In this document: positions 9,752 to 18,898 of the stretch, in pieces
How the letters are laid out: every line of letters begins with the position of its first letter
Numbering within the stretch: the stretch's first letter is position 1
Assembly (NCBI GenBank): GCA_041577335.1
Contig: JBFGJH010000007.1
Span: 1 to 64,000, forward strand
Length of the DNA stretch: 64,000 bases
Source of the DNA: Acidimicrobiia bacterium
GTDB lineage: Bacteria > Actinomycetota > Acidimicrobiia > Spongiisociales > JAENVV01
Direction of reading: 5' to 3'
Position numbers and translations under genes: made by a program
Notes under the pieces: model-generated
What the model was told of the DNA's origin: nothing
Seen by the model: the letters and a program-made list of their open reading frames with translations, nothing else
Databases searched by the model: none

Positions 9752-10438
9752 TCAATGGAGTCCAAGCGCATCGCGAATCCCAACCGGATCGTTGGAGATC
9801 AGGGAGTCAATCCCGAGGTCGGCCAACCGGGCGGCGACCTCGGAGTCGTCGACGGTCCACGTTGCGATCTCGAATTCCAACACGAGGCTTCTGCTCACTG
9901 CCTCATCCTCGAGCAACAACGACCAATGCGGCGCCAAGGCGCCGTGGTCGTTGGCTGCGGCATAACGGGCAGCCTCGGTGATCGAACCGCCCTCATCGAT
10001 GAGCAGTCCGGTGTGCAGCCCGGGTGTCGCTGCCTTCGCAGCATCGACGGTTGGCCAGAAGAAGCACGTGAAGACGTCGTGCGAACGGGCCATCGCTGCG
10101 ACGTCGCACGCGAAACGCCCCTCGGGATCGAATCCCGGTTCGAGCGGAGAATTCTTGATCTCGATGTCGAGAGGAAAGTCGCCGATCGCAGCCAAAACGG
10201 CGTCCAACGTCGTGGGATGAAACCCGTCACCGACCGTGATCTGCTGCAAGTCCTCCCACCGTGTCGAGGCAACGTCAACACCTTCAATGGTCGGATCGTG
10301 GGAAAGGACCTTCACTCCGTCGAGCGACCGCCGGACATCGAGTTCGACGTAGTCACACACGGCCATGGCGGCAGTGATGCCCTCCAAGGTGTTGTCCGGA
10401 AACTGCCTCGGAAGGCCCCGATGACCGGCTATTCGCAT
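9752..10438 (-). CDS. glycerophosphodiester phosphodiesterase
   Basis: IAGHRG...PDNTL, VELDVRRSLDG...HD, DIEIK, TWTVD, LISNDP. Confidence 0.9.
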   Translation of the reverse strand: MRIAGHRGLPRQFPDNTLEGITAAMAVCDYVELDVRRSLDGVKVLSHDPTIEGVDVASTRWEDLQQITVGDGFHPTTLDAVLAAIGDFPLDIEIKNSPLEPGFDPEGRFACDVAAMARSHDVFTCFFWPTVDAAKAATPGLHTGLLIDEGGSITEAARYAAANDHGALAPHWSLLLEDEAVSRSLVLEFEIATWTVDDSEVAARLADLGIDSLISNDPVGIRDALGLH

Positions 10439-10543
10439 GAATATCGACTCCTTGTGAAAAAAATCTCGAATATCCCTTGCTCGGTAAATTAACCGCAGGT
10501 ACAGTCCCATTCATACACCAATCAAGGCTATGGAATCGGTTCC

Positions 10544-10592
10544 GTCCTCTTTGTGAAAGAATTCACAAAGAGGACACGTGAAACCAATCACA
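10544..10592. promoter_or_regulatory. tandem CRP-family binding sites upstream of whiB
   Basis: TGTGA-N6-TCACA (10552-10567) inside a perfect 14-bp inverted repeat; CGTGA-N6-TCACA (10577-10592); weaker TGTGA-N6-TCTCG at 10453-10468. Confidence 0.75.
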
Positions 10593-10648
10593 CGAACCCC
10601 ATACTTTTTTCCCCAATATGCGAGACCCGCAAAAGGAGCAAAGACGAC

Positions 10649-10939
10649 ATGCTGGTCACCCCCGACCCAGATACTGTCATCGTTGCCGAGTGGCGAGAGT
10701 TGGCATTGTGCCGAGACTCCGACGCGAACCTGTTCTTCCCGGTTGGGAGCACCGGTCCGGCAATCGACCAGATTGAAGCCGCCAAGGCAGTGTGCGGCCA
10801 ATGCGCTGTGCAAGAAAGCTGCCTCCAGTACGCCCTCCAGTCCAATCAGGAAGCAGGCGTGTGGGGCGGCTACGCCGAAGACGAACGTCGCCGGCTGCGC
10901 AAGCGCTGGCTAGCCGAACGGCGCCGCCGCGCCAGCTGA
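10649..10939 (+). CDS. whiB: WhiB-family Fe-S transcriptional regulator (WhiB1-like)
   Basis: Four Cys (C-x26-CxxC-x5-C spacing approximately), LFFPVGSTGPA, GVWGG; AAGGAG RBS upstream. Confidence 0.95.
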   Translation: MLVTPDPDTVIVAEWRELALCRDSDANLFFPVGSTGPAIDQIEAAKAVCGQCAVQESCLQYALQSNQEAGVWGGYAEDERRRLRKRWLAERRRRAS

Positions 10940-10961
10940 CTCCGGCGATACGGATAACGAC

Positions 10962-10989
10962 AGAAAGCGGGCCACGGGGCCCTCTTTCT
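10962..10989 (+). terminator. probable terminator after whiB
   Basis: AGAAAGcGGGCC-acgg-GGCCCtCTTTCT stem-loop about 22 nt after the stop codon. Confidence 0.45.
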
Positions 10990-11347
10990 CGTTGAGGAGC
11001 ACCGCTCGGCGACGATGTGAGTTCCCACCAATCAAGGGCCGGTGACAGGCTTGATCCCGCTGAGCACGAGACCTCGCCTTCGGCTCGGCCCCCCTCCCCC
11101 CTCCGGGGTACTCCCCCCAACGCTCGGCCAATGCCTCGCTGGAGGGAGAAACAGTCGACCGACCACGAAGTAGACCCGTTAGGGGGGAGAACCCCACGGC
11201 CACCTGCCGCAGCGAAACGCTTCGCGTTTGGCGAGGACCGTCGGTCGACCAGCGTCTGTTTGAGCCCGGTGTGAAACCCCAGATCACCGGTCAGCCATCA
11301 AAGAGACACACGACCCGAGGCCGGTCTCAAAGTCGACCGACCAAAAA

Positions 11348-11563
11348 CTAGGCGAAGCCGACTTGGACCTTGCCTTCTTCGGCATCCACGACGACATAGG
11401 CGATCCGGGAGACGGGGACTCCGACGGCGTTGCCTTTGAGGTCCTTTGTCCAGAGAATGCCCACTTCGTCGGCGAAAGCCTGTTCGACCTTCTTCACGAA
11501 GTCGTCGCCGGCTTCGATCTCGAATTCCCGACCTTCGGCCACGCCGATACGTGCACGCACCAT
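11348..11563 (-). CDS. DUF3107-like small actinobacterial protein
   Basis: RIGVAEGREFEIE...KDLKGNAVGVPVSRIAYV...VGFA pattern; AGGAGA RBS. Confidence 0.75.
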   Translation of the reverse strand: MVRARIGVAEGREFEIEAGDDFVKKVEQAFADEVGILWTKDLKGNAVGVPVSRIAYVVVDAEEGKVQVGFA

Positions 11564-11683
11564 GTCTCCTCTTGTGTGATGTGAGAAACAGGCTACCAAC
11601 CTCAGGACGATCTCTCGCTGAGATTGTTTAGCGTTATACAAAGGTATTTGACTGGTATATAGTTACGCAGTACGATTGACAGC

Positions 11684-12517
11684 ATGTGGAAAGAGCGAGC
11701 ACAGCTGGCAGCGTCCCTGTCGGTGGGCACCCTCGCCATCGTCGGGCTCCACCGCATCTCATTGCGGTTCCCGATCGACTGGTCCGATCCGCTCGACTGG
11801 CTTGCTCGCAGCCCCATCGAGGATGCCGTTGCCGAGGTCATCCGCATCGTTGCGCTCGGCCTGTCCTACTGGTTCGTAGTCTCCACCGTTCTCTACATCC
11901 TGGCGGTTCTCTCGAATATCCCTGCGGCGATTCGCGCTGTCGAGTGGGCCACGGTCCCATCTGTCCGCCGCATCACCCGGCGAGTTGCCGCAGTGACGCT
12001 GGCGACTTCGATGGCCGCTCCGGCGGCCGTGCTGCTGGCGCCACCCGCTCCCGATCCGTCCACAGCTCATCCGCCCACCGCTGGCGCGTCGGTGGAGCTG
12101 ACCGTCCCTTCGACGGGAGACTCCCTCCAGCCGGTGGTGCGCGTCTCCGACGATGGCGTAGTGATCCCTCCTGGTTACCAAGAGCCGACCGAACCAGCGT
12201 ATGAGCCGACCATCGGCGTTCCCGGCAGCGTATCTGCCGAATCCGGAAACATCGGCGCGGCCCGCACCTCGGTTGATGAAACCATCGAGCAAGCGCAGGC
12301 GACCACCCATATCGTGGTGGACGGCGACAACCTGTGGCGTATCTCAGAGAGCCACCTGGCTGCCATCACCGGTGTGAGCCCATCAAGCGCCGACCTCGTG
12401 GCGTACTGGTCGGCAGTGATCGAAACCAACGTGGGCAACCTCGTCTCGGGTGATCCAGATCTCATCTACCCGGGTGAGGTCCTCGTGCTGCCCTCCTTCG
12501 AAGGGAACGAAGAATGA
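11684..12517 (+). CDS. membrane-anchored LysM-domain protein
   Basis: N-terminal TM helices, Pro/Thr linker, C-terminal HIVVDGDNLWRIS...N...DPDLIYPGEVLVLP. Confidence 0.85.
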   Translation: MWKERAQLAASLSVGTLAIVGLHRISLRFPIDWSDPLDWLARSPIEDAVAEVIRIVALGLSYWFVVSTVLYILAVLSNIPAAIRAVEWATVPSVRRITRRVAAVTLATSMAAPAAVLLAPPAPDPSTAHPPTAGASVELTVPSTGDSLQPVVRVSDDGVVIPPGYQEPTEPAYEPTIGVPGSVSAESGNIGAARTSVDETIEQAQATTHIVVDGDNLWRISESHLAAITGVSPSSADLVAYWSAVIETNVGNLVSGDPDLIYPGEVLVLPSFEGNEE

Positions 12518-13332
12518 CTGCCATCCACTATCCCGAACCGGACTTCACAGCCGATCCGCCTGCGCCGCCCGTCGCGATCGTCGCTCCTCCTCGCCGGTCG
12601 CGACTCGGCAGGACGCCGATCATCATCGCAGTGGCTCTGCTCCTAGCGCTCGCCTCGGCGGCGGCCGTGTGGACGTACGGACGCTCCGACTCTGCCGCAG
12701 TCAACATCCCGGGCTTTGCGGAGATGTATGTGCGCACATTCCTCACCCAGGCAGGAGAGGGCAACGAGGCGGCAATCGTCCCGTTCCTCGGCTACGAGCC
12801 TGACCTCGCCGGCATGGAACCGGGATCGTTTTATGTGGCGGGATCTGCCGCATTGACCGTCGAAGATGTCGGCGATGGCGCCAACACCGTCGTGGTAGCC
12901 GTCGATCAAATGGGGGCGGTGAGTGGCGGCTTCGCACCCGAGGGCATCCACTACTACGAGGTGACGATGAAATCCATCGGCGACACGGTTCGGGCCACCC
13001 GCCTCCCCTCTCGCACCTCACCGCCGATCATTGGAGCCGAGGCGCCCAATCAGCCAGTCTTTTCTCCCCCTTCCGACGGGCCGATGGCATCCGCAGTCGA
13101 GGACTACCTCAGGTGGTACCTCGCCGATGGCGCCGGTGCCTACGGAAGCGAGCGACCGGCCGAAGCCCCGTATACCGACATCGTCGTCACGGGTATCGCC
13201 GCTGCCCCCGACGCAGACACCGCCAACGTGACCGTGGCAGCGACTGACGGCCAGGGTCGAGTCGTTCATCTCCAGTACGAGCTGAACGTGACCAACGAAA
13301 ACGGCATGTGGGTGGCCGGACCGGGCCGATAG
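12514..13332 (+). CDS. TcpC/Tn916-Orf13-like (VirB8-like) bitopic membrane protein
   Basis: Single TM then two NTF2-like repeats: FAEMYVRTFLT...YYEV...LP and AVEDYLRWYL...VTVAATD..G...YELNV...GMW; ATGA-coupled to the LysM gene. Confidence 0.6.
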   Translation: MTAIHYPEPDFTADPPAPPVAIVAPPRRSRLGRTPIIIAVALLLALASAAAVWTYGRSDSAAVNIPGFAEMYVRTFLTQAGEGNEAAIVPFLGYEPDLAGMEPGSFYVAGSAALTVEDVGDGANTVVVAVDQMGAVSGGFAPEGIHYYEVTMKSIGDTVRATRLPSRTSPPIIGAEAPNQPVFSPPSDGPMASAVEDYLRWYLADGAGAYGSERPAEAPYTDIVVTGIAAAPDADTANVTVAATDGQGRVVHLQYELNVTNENGMWVAGPGR

Positions 13333-13337
13333 CCGCC

Positions 13338-13742
13338 TCAGCCGGGGATGAACGACAGCCGGACCAGCCGGATTGGGTTGTCGTGGTTGGTGTCGACGAG
13401 GACAACCGACTGCCAGGTACCGAGCGCCAGCGAGCCGTCAATGACGGGAATGGTGATGCTGGGTGCCACCAGTCCGGGGAGCACGTGATCGGCCCCATGC
13501 CCCGCCGAACCGTGGCGGTGCCGCCAGCGGTCATCCTTGGGGAGCAAGACTTTGATCGCCCCGAGCAGGTCGATGTCGGATCCGGCACCGGTTTCGAGGA
13601 TGGCGATGCCGGCGGTGGCGTGGGGCACAAAGACGGACGCCAGGCCGTCGCCCTCCCCACGCACGAACTCGGCCACCTGAGCGGTGAGATCGAAGGCGGC
13701 ATCAACTGTCCCGGTCCGCACTTCGATGATGTGCGACTTCAA
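13338..13742 (-). CDS. yjbQ: YjbQ/UPF0047 family protein
   Basis: FVPHATAG, RHRHGS.GHGADH, LALGTWQSVVLVD. Confidence 0.92.
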   Translation of the reverse strand: MKSHIIEVRTGTVDAAFDLTAQVAEFVRGEGDGLASVFVPHATAGIAILETGAGSDIDLLGAIKVLLPKDDRWRHRHGSAGHGADHVLPGLVAPSITIPVIDGSLALGTWQSVVLVDTNHDNPIRLVRLSFIPG

Positions 13743-13745
13743 GAC

Positions 13746-14717
13746 TCAGACGTTTTCGCCGAGGAAGATCTGCGAGACCGAACTCTCCATGAAGATCGCC
13801 TCGAGGGCCTCCGATACGATCGGGGCGATCGAGAGCACCACCAGCTTGTCGAGGCCTACGGCCTCCTCAGGCAGGGGCAGGGAGTTGGTGACGATCATTT
13901 GGTGGATCGGCGCGTTCTTGATGCGATCCACGGCCGGTGGTGAGAGAACTCCATGGGTGGCAGCCACGGTGACACTGAGGGCACCCTTCTGCATCAACAG
14001 CTCGGCGGCGTTGCACACCGTTCCAGCCGTATCGACGATGTCATCGACGATCACCGCATGCCGTCCTTCGACTTTGCCGATGACCGCCAAAGCTGCCGAC
14101 TCGTTGTGGGTTTCGGCTTCGCGGCGCTTGTGGACGAAGGCCACATAGGCGCCAAGATGACGGGCAAAGCGCTCCGCCCGCTTCACGCCGCCGGCATCGG
14201 GGGAAACCACCGTGGTCGGGCCGTCGAGCGCGTGCGTGAGGTGATCGACAAAGATCGGGTTGGCAGTGAGATGGTCGAATGGCCGGTCGATGAAGCCCTG
14301 AATCTGGCCAGTGTGGAGATCCACCGACACGATGCGGTCGGCTCCGGCCGTCATATAGAGATCGGCGATCAGCCGAGCCGTGATCGGTTCGCGAGGCAGC
14401 ACCTTCTTGTCCTGCCGGGCGTACCCGAAGAACGGCGTCACGGCGGTGATCTTGCGAGCCGACGCCCTTCGTAGCGCATCGATCGTGATGAGCTGTTCCA
14501 TGATGTGGAAGTTGATTGGGCGAGTATGACTCTGGATGACGAAACAGTCCGCCCCGCGAACACTCTCGTTGGGACGGACATAGATCTCGCCGCTGGCGAA
14601 CGTCGACCGCTGGAGACTGCCGAGCTTCACGCCGAGCAGATCGGCGACTTCTTCGGCGAGCGCCTCGTTGGCTCCGCCGGAGAAGAGCATGAGGCGTTTG
14701 CGGGAGATGACCTCCAT
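13746..14717 (-). CDS. prs: ribose-phosphate pyrophosphokinase
   Basis: FASGE, YARQDKK, DLHTGQIQGF, VSPDAGG, VDDIVDTAGT. Confidence 0.97.
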   Translation of the reverse strand: MEVISRKRLMLFSGGANEALAEEVADLLGVKLGSLQRSTFASGEIYVRPNESVRGADCFVIQSHTRPINFHIMEQLITIDALRRASARKITAVTPFFGYARQDKKVLPREPITARLIADLYMTAGADRIVSVDLHTGQIQGFIDRPFDHLTANPIFVDHLTHALDGPTTVVSPDAGGVKRAERFARHLGAYVAFVHKRREAETHNESAALAVIGKVEGRHAVIVDDIVDTAGTVCNAAELLMQKGALSVTVAATHGVLSPPAVDRIKNAPIHQMIVTNSLPLPEEAVGLDKLVVLSIAPIVSEALEAIFMESSVSQIFLGENV

Positions 14718-16105
14718 CAGTCAGCGTTCCTTTTTCGCTTGCGGGCCGCTAAGCGGGCAGCGTAGCCAGGAATCTCTCGCTGGTCAGCCCGTTCGACTGC
14801 CAGGGCTCCGTCCGCCACGTCTTTGGTGATCGTGGAGCCTGCCCCGGTCACCGCGTCCTTACCGATGCGAACGGGCGCCACCAACATGGTGTCGCTTCCC
14901 ACGAAAGCCCCCTCTCCCACCTCGGTACGATGTTTGTCGACACCGTCGTAGTTGCACGTGATGGAACCAGCCCCGATGTTGGCACGATCACCAATCTCGG
15001 CATCACCCATGTAGCTGAGATGCGGCACCTTGGCTCCGTCGCCAAGGGTGGTGTTTTTCATCTCGACGAAGGTGCCGGCTTTGGCGCCACGCCCGAGAAC
15101 GGTTCCCGGGCGGAGCGAAACATAGGGACCCACCTCGGCTTCGGGGCCGATCTCCGCCTCGCGCAGAACCGAATACCAGACCCGGGCCCCGGCCCCGATC
15201 GACGAGTCCCGGGCGAATGTGTCGGGCCCAACCGAGGCTCCCTCCTCGACCCGACAGGCGCCTTCGAGGTGGACGCCGGTGTACAAGAAGGCTCCGGGCT
15301 CGACCACCACATCAGCGGTCAGATAGACGTTGAACGGATCTTGGATCCACACACCCTTCTGCATGAGGTCGGTGGCGATGCGGTGGCGCATCAGCCGGTT
15401 GGCCTCTGCCAGCTGCCATTGGCTGTTGACCCCGGCAATAACGGCTTCGTCGGTGGGAATTCCCACCAGGGGGAATTCCCGCTCCGAAAAATGGGTGATC
15501 ACGTCGGTGAGGTAATACTCGCCTTGTGAGTTGACGTTGCTCAGCTGCGACAAGCCCTCCAACAGCTTGGCGCCGTCGAAGGCGTACATGCCGGCGTTGA
15601 TTTCGCGGATCTCACGCTGTTTGGCGTTGGCGTCTTTGTGCTCGACGATGCCAACGACCCGATCCCAACCGTCACGCAGGATGCGTCCATAACCGCGGGC
15701 GTCGGGAAGTTCGGCCGTCAGAAGGGACGCGGCCGCCCCGATCTTCTCCTTGCCGGACACCAGCTCGATGAGCGCTTCGCCGGTGAGGGCGGGCGTATCG
15801 CCGGAGAGAACGACCACGGTATTGGCAGACACATCGCCGATGTGGTCCACGGCCGTCTGGACCGCATGACCCGTCCCCAATTGCTGTTCCTGAACACAAT
15901 GGTCGACACCGTCTGGGAGTATCGATCGAACCTGTTCGGCGCCGTAGCCGACGACCACAGTGATCCGATCCGGGTTCAGCTGCTGGGCAGCGTCGAGCAC
16001 CCAAAGGAGCATCGGTTTCCCGGCAACCTCGTGCAACACCTTGGGAACATCGGATTTCATCCGAGTTCCCTGCCCTGCGGCCATGACGACCACCGTTGTG
16101 GCCAT
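14717..16105 (-). CDS. glmU: bifunctional UDP-GlcNAc pyrophosphorylase / GlcN-1-P acetyltransferase
   Basis: AAGQGTRMKS..PKVLH, QLGTGHAV, GEYYLTD, hexapeptide repeats, HLSYMGDA, NYDG; GGAG RBS. Confidence 0.97.
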   Translation of the reverse strand: MATTVVVMAAGQGTRMKSDVPKVLHEVAGKPMLLWVLDAAQQLNPDRITVVVGYGAEQVRSILPDGVDHCVQEQQLGTGHAVQTAVDHIGDVSANTVVVLSGDTPALTGEALIELVSGKEKIGAAASLLTAELPDARGYGRILRDGWDRVVGIVEHKDANAKQREIREINAGMYAFDGAKLLEGLSQLSNVNSQGEYYLTDVITHFSEREFPLVGIPTDEAVIAGVNSQWQLAEANRLMRHRIATDLMQKGVWIQDPFNVYLTADVVVEPGAFLYTGVHLEGACRVEEGASVGPDTFARDSSIGAGARVWYSVLREAEIGPEAEVGPYVSLRPGTVLGRGAKAGTFVEMKNTTLGDGAKVPHLSYMGDAEIGDRANIGAGSITCNYDGVDKHRTEVGEGAFVGSDTMLVAPVRIGKDAVTGAGSTITKDVADGALAVERADQREIPGYAARLAARKRKRNAD

Positions 16106-16125
16106 GTTCTCTCCTCCGTGGTTCG

Positions 16126-16197
16126 CTGGGGGGACAGGACTCGAACCCGTACCAACGGGACCAAAACCCGTCGTGCTGCCAGTTACACCACCCCCCA
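16126..16197 (-). tRNA. tRNA-Gln(TTG)
   Basis: TGGGGGGTGGTGTAACTGGCAGCA-CG ACGGG TT TTG GT CCCGT-...GGTTCGAGTCC...CCCCCCAG; usual position upstream of glmU. Confidence 0.96.
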
Positions 16198-16225
16198 AAT
16201 GGGGCGCTCGTTGAGCGGCGCCAGT

Positions 16226-17080
16226 CTAGCCCTGGTCGATTTGGGCGCCGTGTGGCACCGGAGTCGCCGCCCGAACGGCTCGCGCTTCGCCGCGAAAGGG
16301 ATCCACCGCCTCCTCGGCATCCTCTCGCGAGGGAAAGAACGAGAACAAGGTCGATCCGCTTCCGCTCATCATCACGCCTCGATTCCAAGCGTCCTCGAGG
16401 CGACGGCGCCACTCCCCCAGCTGTGGGTCGAGGTGAACCGCTGCCGGGTAGAGGTCGTTCACGAGCGGCGCCCAGTCCTGGAGCGATGCGGGAAGTGAGG
16501 GGTCATCCATCTCGGGACCAATCGGCGCGCCGAGCATGTCCCACGCCCGGTATACCTCGGGCGTGCTCAACTGGATGGGGGGAACCACCAACGCCAAGGC
16601 GAAATCGGACGAGGCGTCGACAGGATCGACCCGCTGGCCGTGGCCGGACAACTTCGCCCAACCTCCTTTCAACGCGAACGGCACGTCTGCCCCGAGGCCC
16701 GCGGCAAGGTGTGCCGCACGGTCCGTGCTCGCCACCGAATCCGCGAGCCGCAAAGCTGCGGCGGCATCGGCACTGCCGCCCCCGAGGCCTGCGGCCGCCG
16801 GGATGTGCTTGGTGAGGGCCAAATCGAGGCCGGCTCGTTTGCCGGTGTCGCGACGGTGGCCATCCACGGCCTTCCACACCAGATTGGATCGATCATTGGG
16901 CACCCCGGTGGCCTGGGCGCCGTCGACCACCAGACTGTCGTTTGCAGACGGGGTGGCCACCAGTCGGTCCGCCCAGTCAATCGTCGTCACCAGCGATTCG
17001 ATCGGATGGAGGCCGTCGTCGCGCACCGGCGACACACGGAGCGTGACGTTGACTTTGGCGAATCCCAGCGCAGCCGTCAT
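16226..17080 (-). CDS. ispE: 4-diphosphocytidyl-2-C-methyl-D-erythritol kinase
   Basis: AKVNVTL, KHIPAAAGLGGGSADAAA, GADVPF, MSGSGST. Confidence 0.95.
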   Translation of the reverse strand: MTAALGFAKVNVTLRVSPVRDDGLHPIESLVTTIDWADRLVATPSANDSLVVDGAQATGVPNDRSNLVWKAVDGHRRDTGKRAGLDLALTKHIPAAAGLGGGSADAAAALRLADSVASTDRAAHLAAGLGADVPFALKGGWAKLSGHGQRVDPVDASSDFALALVVPPIQLSTPEVYRAWDMLGAPIGPEMDDPSLPASLQDWAPLVNDLYPAAVHLDPQLGEWRRRLEDAWNRGVMMSGSGSTLFSFFPSREDAEEAVDPFRGEARAVRAATPVPHGAQIDQG

Positions 17081-17880
17081 AGGCAGGCCTCCGCCAGTGC
17101 CAACCACTCCTCAACCGTCAACGTCTCTGGTCGCCGGGTGGGATCGATGGCGGCCGAGCTGAGCACCGCGTCGGGGTTGGGCACGGTGTTTCTGAGGGAT
17201 TGCCTCAGCATCTTCCGGCGTTGGTTGAACGCGGCCGCGGCAAGGTCAACTGCCCGTTCGGCGCCCGCCGGTGCTGCGCGACGATCGAGGCGGACCACCG
17301 CCGACCCCACATGGGGCGGCGGTACGAAGACCTGGGGCGGGACCGTGAACATGCTGTGGCGCTCGGCGTACAGCCCGGCGACCACCGAGGGCAGGCCAAA
17401 TACGCGCGAACCAGGCTGGGCGGTGAGCCGATCGGCCACCTCTTTCTGCACCATCACGCAAAAACGCGACACGGCCGGGACATGGCGCATGAGGTCGAGC
17501 ACAATCGGTGTCCCGACGTTGTAGGGCAGGTTGGCGACGAGTGTCCATTCGCCCTGAAGCTCGGTGGCGAACTCGACGGCGGCGGCATCCTCGAAGCGCA
17601 CGTCGACCTCCAGGCCGGCGAGCACCTCGGCCAGCAGCGGCCGCAGAGCTTCGTCGACCTCATAGGCGCGCACATGGTGGCCGCGCTCGGCCAATGCGCG
17701 AGTGAGTGCTCCCGTGCCGGCACCAATCTCGAGGACCGCGGCGCCCGCGCCGAGATCGGCGAGGTCGATGATGCGTTGCACGATGTTGGGATCCGCCAGG
17801 AAATGTTGCCCGAGCCGCTTGCGGGGGCGCAGCTCATGCCGATCGAGAAGCCGCCGGATCTCGGTTGGCGTCTGGCTCAT
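17077..17880 (-). CDS. rsmA: 16S rRNA dimethyladenosine transferase
   Basis: KRLGQHFL, LEIGAGTGALT, VANLPYNV, MVQKEVADR, FNQRRKML. Confidence 0.96.
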   Translation of the reverse strand: MSQTPTEIRRLLDRHELRPRKRLGQHFLADPNIVQRIIDLADLGAGAAVLEIGAGTGALTRALAERGHHVRAYEVDEALRPLLAEVLAGLEVDVRFEDAAAVEFATELQGEWTLVANLPYNVGTPIVLDLMRHVPAVSRFCVMVQKEVADRLTAQPGSRVFGLPSVVAGLYAERHSMFTVPPQVFVPPPHVGSAVVRLDRRAAPAGAERAVDLAAAAFNQRRKMLRQSLRNTVPNPDAVLSSAAIDPTRRPETLTVEEWLALAEACL

Positions 17881-18617
17881 GACCCGAAGACCACTCGGGC
17901 ACGCTGCGAGGTCGCCTCGGCAACCTGGGAGATGTCGATACTCCATACCTCGGCCAGCGCCGCTCCATTCAGCGCAACGTGAGCCGGCTCATTGGTTTGC
18001 CCTCGGAACGGCGGCGGTGTCAGATACGGAGTATCGGTCTCCACCATGGCCCGCTCGGGAGGCACCAACGCGGCGCCCCGACGGACCGTATCGCCGTTTT
18101 CGAACGCCACCGGGCCGGCGAACGAAAACGTGACGCCCAACTCCAGGAACCGTTTTGTCCAGCGCGGCCCACCCGTCCAACAATGGAGGATCGCCTTGGG
18201 GCCGAGATCGAACCGACCCAGGTGGTCGTAGACGTCACTGAAAGCGTCGCGGCAATGCACGATGGCCGGCAAGTCGTGGCGCTGGGCGAGAGCCAGTTGG
18301 TCCGCAAAGGCGATGCGTTGTTCCTCGGGATCGGAGAGGTTGCGGTAGTAGTCGAGGCCCATTTCGCCCACGGCTGAGACCTCGCTCATCAGGGCTTCGA
18401 TTGCCCCCTGTTCCTTGTTCCAACGGGCGGCATCGTGGGGGTGGAGGCCGGCGCTGGCCCGGATACGCGAATCGGCGGCGGCGAGGTCGATTGCCGCCCG
18501 ACTCGAGGCGAGATCGATTCCCGGCACGACCACCCAGTCCACGTCGACAGCCCGATCGAGGACTTCCGCTGGGTTGCTGTCCGTGAGCTGCAGATGGCAA
18601 TGAGTGTCGATCCACAC
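17877..18617 (-). CDS. tatD: TatD-family hydrolase
   Basis: DTHCH, GLHPH, GEMGLDY, HCRDA, HCW, ETDTPYL. Confidence 0.95.
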   Translation of the reverse strand: MWIDTHCHLQLTDSNPAEVLDRAVDVDWVVVPGIDLASSRAAIDLAAADSRIRASAGLHPHDAARWNKEQGAIEALMSEVSAVGEMGLDYYRNLSDPEEQRIAFADQLALAQRHDLPAIVHCRDAFSDVYDHLGRFDLGPKAILHCWTGGPRWTKRFLELGVTFSFAGPVAFENGDTVRRGAALVPPERAMVETDTPYLTPPPFRGQTNEPAHVALNGAALAEVWSIDISQVAEATSQRARVVFGS

Positions 18618-18661
18618 GCCGGTGAGGGTAGCGGCGCCGCTGGATCAGTAGACTGGCTCCG

Positions 18662-18895
18662 ATGGACACCGGAATGGTCAGGAAAATCGATGACCTGGGC
18701 CGGATCGTGGTTCCTGCCGAGACCCGCAGGCTCTTCAACATTCAAGAGGGCGACCAGCTCGCGATTGCCGTAGAAGACGACGCCATCGTGATTCGCAAGC
18801 TGGACGCCAGCTGCACGTTCTGCGGCACCTCCACCGACGTCATCGCCTTTCGTGGCAAGGGCGTGTGTGCGAGCTGCCGCAACGAACTGACCTAG
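18662..18895 (+). CDS. abrB: AbrB/MazE/SpoVT-family regulator with C-terminal zinc ribbon
   Basis: MDTGMVRKIDDLGRIVVPAETRR resembles the Bacillus AbrB N-domain; CTFC...CASC. Confidence 0.88.
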   Translation: MDTGMVRKIDDLGRIVVPAETRRLFNIQEGDQLAIAVEDDAIVIRKLDASCTFCGTSTDVIAFRGKGVCASCRNELT

Positions 18896-18898
18896 GAC

